A stretch of DNA of 64,000 nt, from the NCBI GenBank assembly GCA_965221115.1, contig CBDCRU010000002.1:452045-516044 (forward strand). The letters are read 5' to 3'. Positions 47,613-56,912 of this stretch are shown piece after piece. This stretch comes from Alphaproteobacteria bacterium. GTDB lineage: Bacteria > Pseudomonadota > Alphaproteobacteria > SP197. A program made the translations under genes and the position numbers. The first letter of the stretch is position 1. Each line of letters begins with the position of its first letter. The notes under the pieces were generated by a model, which searched no databases, was not told the origin of the DNA, and saw nothing but the letters and a program-made list of their open reading frames with translations.

Positions 47613-49349
47613 GTCATAGGAGAGAACAATTCCGGGAAAACTAACGTCCTGCATGCTATCCGCCTGTGCATTGATACAGGACTTTCGTCTACGTACCGAT
47701 CCCTTTCCCCAAATGATATTCATTCCGCCGTCGATATCGCGCATCCTGAGCAAGTACTCATCGGCCTGGAGATAGCGGACTTTGCCGGAAGAACGAACGA
47801 AGAGGCACTAGTCGGCGCGTGGCAGCACAAGCCTGGTCTTGCGCGGCTAATTTATCGCTACAGGCCGAAACTCAGTGTGCGTGAGGATCTTGAGGTCGGG
47901 GAAATCGAGGCGGGCAAACTTACGCACGAAGACTATCACTGGGAGATTACCGGGGGCGGCGATCCTGCACACGATCTTGCCGACATACCGTGGAATCAGG
48001 ATGTCGGCTCGTCCATCCGGTTTTCAGATCTTCAGTCATTTCTGGTGGTCTTTCTGCCGGCCCTTCGTGATGTTGAGGGGGACCTGCGGCAGTTCCGCAG
48101 TTCTCCGCTGGCGCGTCTGATCGACGCGATGGAGATTGGACCCAACGCGCAGGAAGAGCTGCTTGACGCGCTGCGTAAGGCGAATGAGGAAATCGCAACA
48201 GCTGAAACCATTGACGAAATCGCCAAAGCGATCGACGCATCATTTGAGAGGGTGACAGGACCGGCGTTCAACATGAATGTTGCACTCGGCCTTGCGGAGC
48301 CGTCCTTTCAGTCGATCATCCGCGCCTTGCGCATCTTGCTCACCAACGCCGCGATGCAGGATTTCGATCCGTCCTCAAACGGAATGGGGCTCAATAACAT
48401 TCTCTATGTCTCTATTCTCATTGAGTACTTCCACAAGCGCGTTGCGCGGCAGAAGTCAGCCGGACAGATCATCCTTTTCGAAGAGCCTGAAGCGCACTTG
48501 CATCCGCAACTACAACTCACATTGTTCAAGGCCCTTAGTGCCTTGCCGTTCCAGTCAATACTAACCACTCACAGCACACATATCACGGCCAATGCGCCGC
48601 TCGGCTCATATGTAGTTCTGTCGCAGACGGGCCGCCCGGCAATAGCTTCATGCATGCCCGCTGAAGATGCGAGACTGGAACAGGCAGAAATCGACGATCT
48701 TGAGCGCTACCTAGACGCCACACGATCCAATTTGCTGTTCGCCCGCAAAGTGATGCTTGTCGAAGGGCCTGCAGAACTGTTCCTAATTCCCGCCCTGCTC
48801 AAGCATGTGATGGATTTCGACTTTGACCGAGACGGTATATCGCTCATACCGATCTACGGTGTACATTTCCACGTCTACGCCAAGCTCTTTTCTGGACAGG
48901 CACTACCGAAGAAGTGCGCCATCATCACGGACGGCGACTTAAGGCCCAGCGATGCTGACCCCGAACTGGAAGGGGAAGACGACTTCCCGCCACCGCCTGA
49001 TCTTGAGGCCTTGCAAAATGAGTTCGTACGCGTGTTTGCCTGCAAGACAACCTTCGAACGGGCTCTCGTGTTCGAAGGGACGCTCGAAATGTTTGCATTG
49101 ACCGCCGAGGATATTGGCGCCCCCATCGTCGCCAGACGGCTGAGGGATGGCACCGAACAACTGGACAACGACGATCTTGGCGATGACGAGAAGAGCAAGA
49201 TACTGAGACCGCTCCGCAAAATGGTCCTAAACACCGCCAAGCGGTACGGAAAGGCCCGCTTCGCTCAGGTCACCGCTCGCCATGCCGATAAGGCCGAGGT
49301 CGTCCCCAGATATCTAGTCGATGCTGCAGAATGGTTGCGCTCACCATGA
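47613..49349 (+). pseudogene. gajA: gajA remainder (OLD-family ABC ATPase + Toprim nuclease), lacking its own start because of the IS21 insertion
   Basis: The P-loop VIGENNSGKTN at 47613.. is in frame with ORF 47877..49349 but has no in-frame start back to the stop at 47445. Downstream: Walker B ILFEEPEAHLHP, H-loop TTHSTH, Toprim KVMLVEGPAE and AIITDGD. Confidence 0.8.
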
Positions 49350-51118
49350 GGTTGACCGACGAACAAAGGGAAGCGGTGCGCTGTGCAGACGATCTCATGC
49401 TGACTGCTTGTCCCGGTAGCGGAAAAACTCGGGTTATCATCTCCAAACTGTCGCGCACAATCGAAGAGGTAAGAGGCACGCCCCGTGCTGTGGCCTGCAT
49501 CACCTATACAAACGCCGCGATGCACGAAATAGAAGCTCGGCTGCGCCATCATATCCAGCCGGGCGACGACGCCTACTACGATGTCTGCACCATCCATTCG
49601 TTTTGCCTGAACAATGTATTCCGGCCGTATTGTCACCTAATCAAGGGCTACAAAGGCGGCTTTAGAGTACTGACACCGGACAGCGCCGATTTTGAGCGGC
49701 TGGTTACGGCAACTTGTGAGCGGCATAACCGATTTAATCTCACGTTCAGGGACTTTGAGGACTTTACTCAACTGCGTATGAGTGTGAAGGGGGAGCCAGT
49801 TGGTCACGCCCTTGATCGCGGCGCCCTGACGGCGGAGATGGCGCAGGAGTTCTGGAATCGTATCCGGGAGGAGGGGTTCGTTGATTTTGCCAATATAATC
49901 TTTTACGCATATCTTCTTCTGAAGACGCGCCCGGAAATCCTCAGCTACATCTCGGCAAAGTTCGCTTGGATTCTCGTTGACGAGTTCCAAGATACAACCA
50001 GCCTACAGGTGGAAATCCTCTCGCTGATTGCCGATGCAGGTCGGACGCACTTTCTCCTCGTCGGCGATCCATGTCAGTCGATCTTCCGGTTTGCCGGAGC
50101 GCGGCCCGATCTTGCCGACGAGTTTGCCGAACGCATAGGAGCGCGCACGGATTTGCAGCTCTCCGGAAATTTCCGGTCAAGTCCGCCGGTGATTGCCCAC
50201 GCCAACAACCTGTATCCTCGCACACCCCCGATGAAAGCCGTCGGACGCGCGAAGAAGTACACCAACAAACCGGTTTGGCTAAGCGGTGAAACAGCTTTTG
50301 AGGTCATCGCGGACTATTTTCTGCCAGCCCTTGAGGGGCTGGACATTCCGGTCGGTGACGCCGCCATTCTCGCGCCGACCTGGTATTCACTGTTTCCCCT
50401 TGGGCGTCGGCTTCGGGAGTACGGTGTGAGCATCGTCGGTCCCGGTGCGCGACCTTACCGCCGTAATCGTCTTTTTGCGCCTCTTGCTGAGCAGGTGTGT
50501 GCCTACATGATGGAACCCGATCCGGAGGCCATCATCGGGATCGAGCGCACCCTGTTTAACACTGTGTTGAATGCGACGGGGCGAACTTGTTTCGATCTCT
50601 TCTCGTACCGCGGGCGCATCATCGTCTTTCGTCTCCTCGACAGCGCCCGGCATCTTCATGATGCTCACATGGGTGGCATCGCTTGGCTCGAGGCCGGCGC
50701 CCGCGCGTTCACTGAAGTTCTGATCGATGAGGAGTATCTAAGTCCAGCGGAAAGCGATCTCTTCGCGATGTCTGCCGAAGAAATGAAGGCGGACATGCGC
50801 AACAACAAAGTGGATTTAGCTAACATGACAATGTCCGATCTCGGTATCTACGCGAGTCCCGAGGCGGCACTCAAGCTTTCAACGCTCCACAACGCGAAGG
50901 GCCGGGAGTACCGCGCTGTCGCCATGATCGACCTCCATGAAGGGCGAATTCCCTTTTACCAGGCCATGACCGACGAGGAAGTTGCGGAAGCTAAACGGCT
51001 CTTTTACGTCGGCGTAACCAGATCCGAGCAATTCCTGCTCTACGTCACCGATAGAAGCCACTACCGTAATACGCCGACCCGCTTTCTTCGGGTCGCGAGT
51101 GGCGTAGGCATGTGTTAG
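49346..51118 (+). CDS. gajB: Gabija GajB, UvrD-like SF1 helicase
   Basis: ATG overlaps the gajA stop (ATGA). Motif I ACPGSGKT, motif II VDEFQD, Q-motif LTDEQREAV. 590 aa. Confidence 0.8.
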   Translation: MRLTDEQREAVRCADDLMLTACPGSGKTRVIISKLSRTIEEVRGTPRAVACITYTNAAMHEIEARLRHHIQPGDDAYYDVCTIHSFCLNNVFRPYCHLIKGYKGGFRVLTPDSADFERLVTATCERHNRFNLTFRDFEDFTQLRMSVKGEPVGHALDRGALTAEMAQEFWNRIREEGFVDFANIIFYAYLLLKTRPEILSYISAKFAWILVDEFQDTTSLQVEILSLIADAGRTHFLLVGDPCQSIFRFAGARPDLADEFAERIGARTDLQLSGNFRSSPPVIAHANNLYPRTPPMKAVGRAKKYTNKPVWLSGETAFEVIADYFLPALEGLDIPVGDAAILAPTWYSLFPLGRRLREYGVSIVGPGARPYRRNRLFAPLAEQVCAYMMEPDPEAIIGIERTLFNTVLNATGRTCFDLFSYRGRIIVFRLLDSARHLHDAHMGGIAWLEAGARAFTEVLIDEEYLSPAESDLFAMSAEEMKADMRNNKVDLANMTMSDLGIYASPEAALKLSTLHNAKGREYRAVAMIDLHEGRIPFYQAMTDEEVAEAKRLFYVGVTRSEQFLLYVTDRSHYRNTPTRFLRVASGVGMC

Positions 51119-51185
51119 GCGTGAAGGCTGTTCCCGTGGAAATCATCAGAGCCGAGATCACGGCAAAACTCACAGTGGAGCCTGC

Positions 51186-51791
51186 ATGGTGCTCGTAGCA
51201 GAACTCCCAATATCGGAGGTGATTTTCCGGATCGAAACGCTGAACAGTCAGCTCGCTAAATTCTGGTCGCAAAGCGACGGTTGGGCACCGGTCGCGGCAG
51301 CCGCATTGCTGAGCAAGTCGCGCCTTGACTGGCAGGTGTCATTGTCCGGCTCACTAGGCATCTGGATACGCGACCCGGCTGAAGCGCTAACGCCCGCCGA
51401 ACTTATTCTCGCATGGGTCAATCTCGGAAGTTTGATCGAGGGCACGATCAAGCTGTTCCTGTCCGTGTACTACGACACATTCAAGGCGGACATCGAGAAT
51501 CTCAAGAAAGTTGATTCCTACAAAAAGAAGAAGCAGGAGGCGCTGTCGCCCGACGGTCTTACCCTGGAACCGCTGCGGCAGTATTGCAAGCTCCGCAGGG
51601 TCCTGGATAACGAGGACTTGGCACTTGTCGAACTCGTACAGCAACGCCGCAATGCTATCCATGCTTTCAAAGATCGGCCTATAGGCGAAAAGGCCGAGTT
51701 TGAGGAAGCGGTGCGGAGCTATCTACAAATGTTGCGGAACGTCATTACCCGGCTGCCTTATCCAAGTGACGAATACGTGCCAAGTGAATAA
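51186..51791 (+). CDS. hypothetical helical protein with an Rx4H (HEPN-like) motif
   Basis: 201 aa. QQRRNAIHAF matches the HEPN R-x4-6-H signature. Immediately downstream of gajB. Confidence 0.35.
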   Translation: MVLVAELPISEVIFRIETLNSQLAKFWSQSDGWAPVAAAALLSKSRLDWQVSLSGSLGIWIRDPAEALTPAELILAWVNLGSLIEGTIKLFLSVYYDTFKADIENLKKVDSYKKKKQEALSPDGLTLEPLRQYCKLRRVLDNEDLALVELVQQRRNAIHAFKDRPIGEKAEFEEAVRSYLQMLRNVITRLPYPSDEYVPSE

Positions 51792-52236
51792 CCTGACCGA
51801 CAGCAGATCACTTGCTTATGGTGCAGTCGCGCATGCGTCTGAATTCCTCCTGCGGGATGGGTTGGTTCAAGCCCAAGTCTCGAGTAATGATCTTCACGGT
51901 CTCAAATCTGTCTGATTTTGGGGCAGTTCGCAGGTAAGCATCCGCCGAGGTCGGCTTCGGGACCGCACGGTCTACGCACACGGGGTGAACATGGACGTGT
52001 TGAATGACAGCGTTTTCTTATCTGTTCGAACAAAAACGAGGAAACAGGGTCAATTCGGCTCGATCACGGGGCAGCCACTTCACACCAGCCTCATGGCATA
52101 CATTCTTGCTCTTGAAGTCGGTCCCCTGGTTCAAGAGGATGCGGCAGCTCATTGACCCTGACTCCTGGACAAACGTCGGTGGCAATGTTGCAGAGATGCT
52201 GAAGGTGGCGGGGATGGATTGCCTGTCCTACCTTAG

Positions 52237-52408
52237 TCATGTCAGCCAAGCCACGGAATGTCTTTCGCGTCGTGCGCGAAAGTCGTCCGAGGTTTCGAGA
52301 TTGCCATCAGAGATGAAAGGCACCGGACTGCGCAGGTGGACGAACTCCAGATTGCCAGCTACACGCAAGGTGAGATAGAGCTGGAAACGCGCATCCCTTG
52401 ACAACCGA
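52237..52408 (-). pseudogene. fragment homologous to the signature/Walker-B region of the SbcC/YhaN-like ATPase gene (about 80% nucleotide identity to 34744..34912)
   Basis: By-eye alignment. It translates as ...SRDARFQLYLTLRVAGNLEFV...PFISDGNLETSDDFRAR, against KGARFQLYLALRVAGYLEFV...PFIADDILETSDDFRAR in the full gene. Flanks are unrelated. Confidence 0.6.
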
Positions 52409-52419
52409 CGGCGTGTCTT

Positions 52420-52776
52420 CTGGGAACGAAGGAGCCGAACGAGCGGAGAATCAGCGACAAGGTGAAGGAAATCTACGACGTACGGTCGGACATCGTTCAC
52501 AACCGACTGCACAGGTGGGCGCCTGAAAAGGCTCGCTCAGCATACGTCGAAGGCCTCGACCTCACACGGGAGGCCCTGTCCAAGCTGCCGCGGGAGGGAC
52601 CGCCGTGGGTCTGGACGGTGGCACTTGAGGCCGCGCAGGTTTGCAGCAGATCACTTCTCAGTCGGGCGATCAGGACGTGGCAGTCGGATTACACGGTGCT
52701 CCTGCCCCAACACGAAATTCGCACGCGGTTTGAACACCTGGCGAAACCCGGGCCACGGCGTGGGACGCGAGGGTGA
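52420..52776 (+). pseudogene. HEPN-like C-terminal fragment (IYDVRSDIVHNRLH)
   Basis: The open frame begins without a start right after the ATPase fragment. RSDIVH is an Rx4H motif of the RiboL-PSP/Abi HEPN type. Confidence 0.3.
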
Positions 52777-53127
52777 GCGGGCACATGCTCGGACACTTGA
52801 TTGAGGCCGGTTTTCTGCTAATGAGCAATGTCGGCGTTGTTGCGCCTGACCCTTCATGGTATCGAGCGTGAGGGGCTTTGTAGAACGGAGAAACGGAGAA
52901 ACACCCTTTGACTCCTCTTTTTGACAAGGATTGCAATCACGTCGCATGGATGAGCAATGATGGTCGGAACCTGTTCGACACTGCGATGAACTGGGTTGCC
53001 TATATCTCGAGCGGACACGCTTGGTCCGCCTCTTCGGGCAATTGGATGGGAGGCGTGGTGGGCTACAACTGCCTCGACCAATCGGGACGTCCGGTTCTAT
53101 GGAACCCGCGAAATCCCGTGCGCGGGA

Positions 53128-53218
53128 CGGTCCGTCCGGCAAGGCCGGCTCGCGCCGCGAGGCAACCGCGTCCTGCCCGGCCGCCTCGCCCTCCACGGCC
53201 GGCACGGCCGGCGAGACC
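53128..53218 (+). repeat. imperfect 9-bp tandem repeat (about 10 units, CGNCCNGCN) encoding an (RPA)n / Pro-Arg-rich tract inside ORF 52908..53276
   Basis: The periodicity is visible as cgtccggca aggccggct cgcgccgcg aggcaaccg cgtcctgcc cggccgcct cgccctcca cggccggca cggccggcg. Confidence 0.5.
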
Positions 53219-53331
53219 TGCGACACCAGTGGGAGGATGGTCAAGCCTCCACATGGATGCTTGGATTGCTCAGTGATCGGATAGTGCTGCGAATCCGCAC
53301 TAGTGCTGTTGGGCCAGAAATGAGGTGAGCG

Positions 53332-53922
53332 ATGGTGTTTGATCGGCTCTTGACAGACACTGTAACTTTGATCAAGCGGGACGGAACAACCGTCGATGCT
53401 ATAAGCGCGAGCGTTCAATCAGAAAATATCTATATTCAGCGCCACGATCTACTGATCGAAACAGGAGACCTCGTGCAACGGAAGATGTCCAATGGCGGCG
53501 AAGAGACCTATGAAGTGATCGATCCAGGGTTTCATGAGAAATTCCACAGGATTCCGGCTGGATACCAGATGGTTGTGCGTAAACTAGGTATTCCGGAGGC
53601 AAAGAGCGCCATTCGAAGCGTTACTTTCAACGTCACCGGAAATAATGCTCGAATCAACCAGAACTCTGTTGATCAATCCATCAATGTTGTTCAAATGAGT
53701 TCTGATGTCCCCGATCATATCGAGGCGCTTAGGAACGAGATTATCCGGACAATTGAAAAAGAACCGCAGCGCACCGAAGCTCTTGAGATCCTGGACGGTA
53801 TCGAGCAAGAGTTCAAGTCTGGTTCGCCCAAGCGTTCTGTTGTTGGAGCTCTCGTGCAAGGGCTGCCGGCGACCAGTGCGATCGCTTCTATAGGTTCATT
53901 TCTGTTATCGTGCCTTAAGTAG
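53332..53922 (+). CDS. hypothetical protein (196 aa, AT-rich)
   Basis: Clean ORF with low GC relative to its surroundings. No motif recognised. Confidence 0.4.
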   Translation: MVFDRLLTDTVTLIKRDGTTVDAISASVQSENIYIQRHDLLIETGDLVQRKMSNGGEETYEVIDPGFHEKFHRIPAGYQMVVRKLGIPEAKSAIRSVTFNVTGNNARINQNSVDQSINVVQMSSDVPDHIEALRNEIIRTIEKEPQRTEALEILDGIEQEFKSGSPKRSVVGALVQGLPATSAIASIGSFLLSCLK

Positions 53923-54099
53923 CGGAGCAGGCATCTTCAGGATTGGGCAAGAAAGCTGCTTGGTGCGGTGTTCGTCAACCCTCTCGCCTGTCGCCCCGGC
54001 GGTGGGGACGATCAAAGCCTCGGGTGAGTGACTGTTGATGATCGGTAAGTGCATGGGCCACTGAAGGGTGTAGAAGAAGGCATGTTCACAATCCCTATC

Positions 54100-54760
54100 T
54101 GGCTATGTCATTGGAAATCTAGGCATGTTTGATTCGAATCCGGTGTCAACGGGCGCCGCTGCAACAGTGCGTCGAGCACCTCGTTGTAGGCAGGCGCGGA
54201 ACCCTTCCAAGGCGTGCAACCTCCTTTACCGAAAGGAACCGCTCCCGCTTGTGCGCTTTGTAGCGCTTCACGTGCAGGCACGGGTTTGAGCCGGCCTGGT
54301 GCCTGCCCCACACCTCCGCCAGGTTGAAGGGCTTCGAAAGCACCCCTAGGGTCCCGTTGGCTTGCTAGGGCCTGTCCCGCTGGCCGTGATGCAGGGCGGC
54401 GATGTCCTTGCGCTAAACACCTCCGAGACCCGCATCTCCTCGATCACCGGGTCGATGAAAAACTTCACCGAACCGCGGTACTCCTGCTGGGTGCTCGGCT
54501 TGCAATGATCGAGCACACGCTCCTTGAAGAACCGTGCGGTCAACCCGGCCTCACGCTTGGCCTCTATGTCCCGGGGGTCGATGCCCTTCTTCGCAAGCTA
54601 CAGGATCTCCAACGTCCAAGCCCGGCCCACGCTCACCACCCTGGGGGCGCCGATGGTGTGCCAGCGAAACTTCCCATCGACGTGGGTTTGGACGAATCAC
54701 GCCTATCGCCCCAATTGCCTCACTCGCAGCCCAAAGCCGGTAAGTTCACTGTGCCAGTAG
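54100..54760 (-). pseudogene. N-terminal remnants of a second tyrosine integrase at the island edge
   Basis: Fragments FFKERVLDHCKPSTQQEYRGSVKFFIDPVI and KRERFLSVKEVARLG lie in different frames. There is no catalytic domain. Confidence 0.45.
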
Positions 54761-54800
54761 ACAGTATCTCTGTCCGCCTGCCGGATTGGGAGTAGCCGGA

Positions 54801-56912
54801 TCAGGTGGAGAGGCCGAGGTCGCGTTTCTTGCTGGCGGCCCAGGCCTGGATGATGCGGTCGGCGATCATGGCCATGAGGGCCATGGAACCGCCGGCGATG
54901 ACGCCCTGGCCGAAGCGGGCGTTGGTGAGGCTGTCGTAGACCCACTGGCCGAGGCCCTTGGTGCCGACGAGGGCGGCGATGACGAGCATGGCGAGGGCGA
55001 ACATCACCACCTGGTTGAGGCCCACCATGATCTCGGGGATGGCGAGGGGGAGCTTCACCTTCCAGAGGATCTGCCTCTCGGTGCAGCCCATCATGCGGGC
55101 GGCCTCGATGGCCACCGGATCGACGTGGCGGATGCCGTGTTCGGTGTAGCGGATCGCCGGCACGATGGCGTACATGATGATGGCGAGAAGCGCCGAGAAA
55201 TCGCCTACCAGGAAGACCATCACCACGGGGATGAGGAAGACGAAGAGCGGCATGGTCTGGAGCGTGTCGTTGATCGGCCTCAGGACGGCTGAGACGCGGT
55301 CGTTCTGCGCCGCCCATATCCCGAGGGCCCCGCCGGCCACGAAGCAGATGATGACCGAGGTGGCGGTGAGGTAGAAGGAGAGCATGGCCCGTGGCCAGGC
55401 GCCGCTCACCAGCATGAAGAGCATGCCGAGGAAGGAGAAAAGCGCCACCTTCCAGCCCCCGACCTGGAAGGCGATGAGGGTGACGGCGGCGATGAAGACG
55501 GGCCACGGGGTTCCCGATGAGCCGTAGTAGAAGAGGATGCCGAGAAGGGCGACGGCGACGACGGCGCGCCAGCCGCCCAGCCTTGCGGCGAGAGAGCCGA
55601 TGGCGATGAGGATCATCCAGTAGATGACGGAGGCAAGAGCCGTCATCTCGAAGCCCCACGAGGTGGGCCGCGCGATGCGCTCGAGGCCCGCCTTCATGGG
55701 CAGCATGAAGAAATAGAGCGTGTAGGTCTTGATGGCGTCCGTGGTGTCGAAGAAGTTGCGGGTGAACCAGGAGACCGCCGTGTTGAGGCCCTCGGCCGGG
55801 TAGATGATCCACGCATCGGGATAGGCGTTGAAGACGGGCACCGCCCAGGCAAGGAGCGAGCCGGCGACGACCGCCGTCGCCATGGAGACGAGCATGGGAT
55901 GGCGCGCGAAGTAGTTCCCCGAACGATGCACGTGGATCTCTCCGGAGCGTTCGGCGAAGCCGCGGCTGATGCGGTCCATCATCATGGCGATCAGCACGAT
56001 GACGAGGCCGGCAAGCAGGCTCTGGCCGGTCTGGGCCTTGCGCATCGTCGAGAGCACTTCCCAGCCGATGTCGGCGAATCCACCGATGATGGCGGCGATG
56101 ATCACCATGGCGAGGGCCGCCATGATGGTCTGGTTGACGCCGATCATGATCGTGTGCATGGCCGCCGGGACGCGCACCATGAAGAGGAGCTGGAAACCGT
56201 TGCAGCCGGACATCTGGCCGCTCTCGATCACGTTGTCCGGAACCCTCTGGAGTCCCAGCATGAGATTGCGGACCATGGGCGGGCTGGCGTAGATGGCTGA
56301 CGCCACCATGCCGACCACCGGCCCGATGCCGAAGAGGATCAGGATGGGAATGAGGTAGGCGAAGGTCGGCACCGTCTGCATGACATCGAGCGTCGGTTCG
56401 ATGACGCGCCGGGCCCAGCGGAACTGGAAACCGAGCAGTCCCATGACGAGCCCGATGAGGATCGAGAGCGGCACGGACATGCAGACCAGCGCCAGGGTCG
56501 ACATGCTCTCGTCCCAGTATCCGACGACCACCATGTAGAGGAGCGAGGCGATGCAGAAGAGGGCGAGACGCCAGCCCTTGGCGGCGTAGGCGATGATCGC
56601 CACGATGGCGATCGTCACCGGCCACGGCGATGTCTGCAGCACGAACTGGATGCCCCTCATCGGCCATTCGAGAGCATCGGAAATCAGGCGGAATATCGGC
56701 TTGAAGTGAGCCGTGAACCAGTCCATCAGGAACTCGAGGCCGGCCTCGATGGGGAGGATCCAGTCCTTCGGGTACTTGACGAGCCATTTGAAGTCGTCAC
56801 GCAGCACCAGGCAGAGAATCGCCAGGACCCCGAAGACCATCCAGACCAGGAGCCTGGGCGAGATCCGGCGCACGCTCATCAACGCACCCGATTCCCGTGC
56901 AGCCACGCTCAC
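54801..56912 (-). CDS. ABC transporter permease with two fused permease domains (ProW/OpuAB-like; betaine/choline/carnitine type)
   Basis: 703 aa, about 12+ TM segments, two EAA-like loops (PAIRYTEHGIRHVDP). Start overlaps the stop of the upstream ATPase gene. The antisense ORF 54703..56787 is spurious. Confidence 0.85.
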   Translation of the reverse strand: MSVAARESGALMSVRRISPRLLVWMVFGVLAILCLVLRDDFKWLVKYPKDWILPIEAGLEFLMDWFTAHFKPIFRLISDALEWPMRGIQFVLQTSPWPVTIAIVAIIAYAAKGWRLALFCIASLLYMVVVGYWDESMSTLALVCMSVPLSILIGLVMGLLGFQFRWARRVIEPTLDVMQTVPTFAYLIPILILFGIGPVVGMVASAIYASPPMVRNLMLGLQRVPDNVIESGQMSGCNGFQLLFMVRVPAAMHTIMIGVNQTIMAALAMVIIAAIIGGFADIGWEVLSTMRKAQTGQSLLAGLVIVLIAMMMDRISRGFAERSGEIHVHRSGNYFARHPMLVSMATAVVAGSLLAWAVPVFNAYPDAWIIYPAEGLNTAVSWFTRNFFDTTDAIKTYTLYFFMLPMKAGLERIARPTSWGFEMTALASVIYWMILIAIGSLAARLGGWRAVVAVALLGILFYYGSSGTPWPVFIAAVTLIAFQVGGWKVALFSFLGMLFMLVSGAWPRAMLSFYLTATSVIICFVAGGALGIWAAQNDRVSAVLRPINDTLQTMPLFVFLIPVVMVFLVGDFSALLAIIMYAIVPAIRYTEHGIRHVDPVAIEAARMMGCTERQILWKVKLPLAIPEIMVGLNQVVMFALAMLVIAALVGTKGLGQWVYDSLTNARFGQGVIAGGSMALMAMIADRIIQAWAASKKRDLGLST

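Noticed and set aside
47528-47646. ATG at 47528 (MGKKPIKASSKARLEADITRFYKTANNL...) as a possible gajA start with a frameshift near 47600
   Set aside because: That frame is different from the P-loop frame and stops after 39 codons. The sequence lies inside the right inverted repeat of the IS21-family element. The true gajA N-terminus is the 27-codon ORF at 43481, joined through the ACCTGC duplication.
53128-53218. Possible CRISPR-like periodicity
   Set aside because: Unit length is 9 bp with no spacers. It is a simple coding tandem repeat and not a CRISPR array. No repeat-spacer arrays are visible anywhere in the window.
54703-56787. 694-aa minus-strand ORF and 793-aa plus-strand ORF (56897..59278) overlapping the permease and ATPase genes
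   Set aside because: These are alternative-frame or antisense readings. The real genes are the TM-rich permease (54801..56912) and the ATPase (56909..57970). Only the 3' 1.2 kb of the plus-strand ORF (Rieske protein) is genuine.
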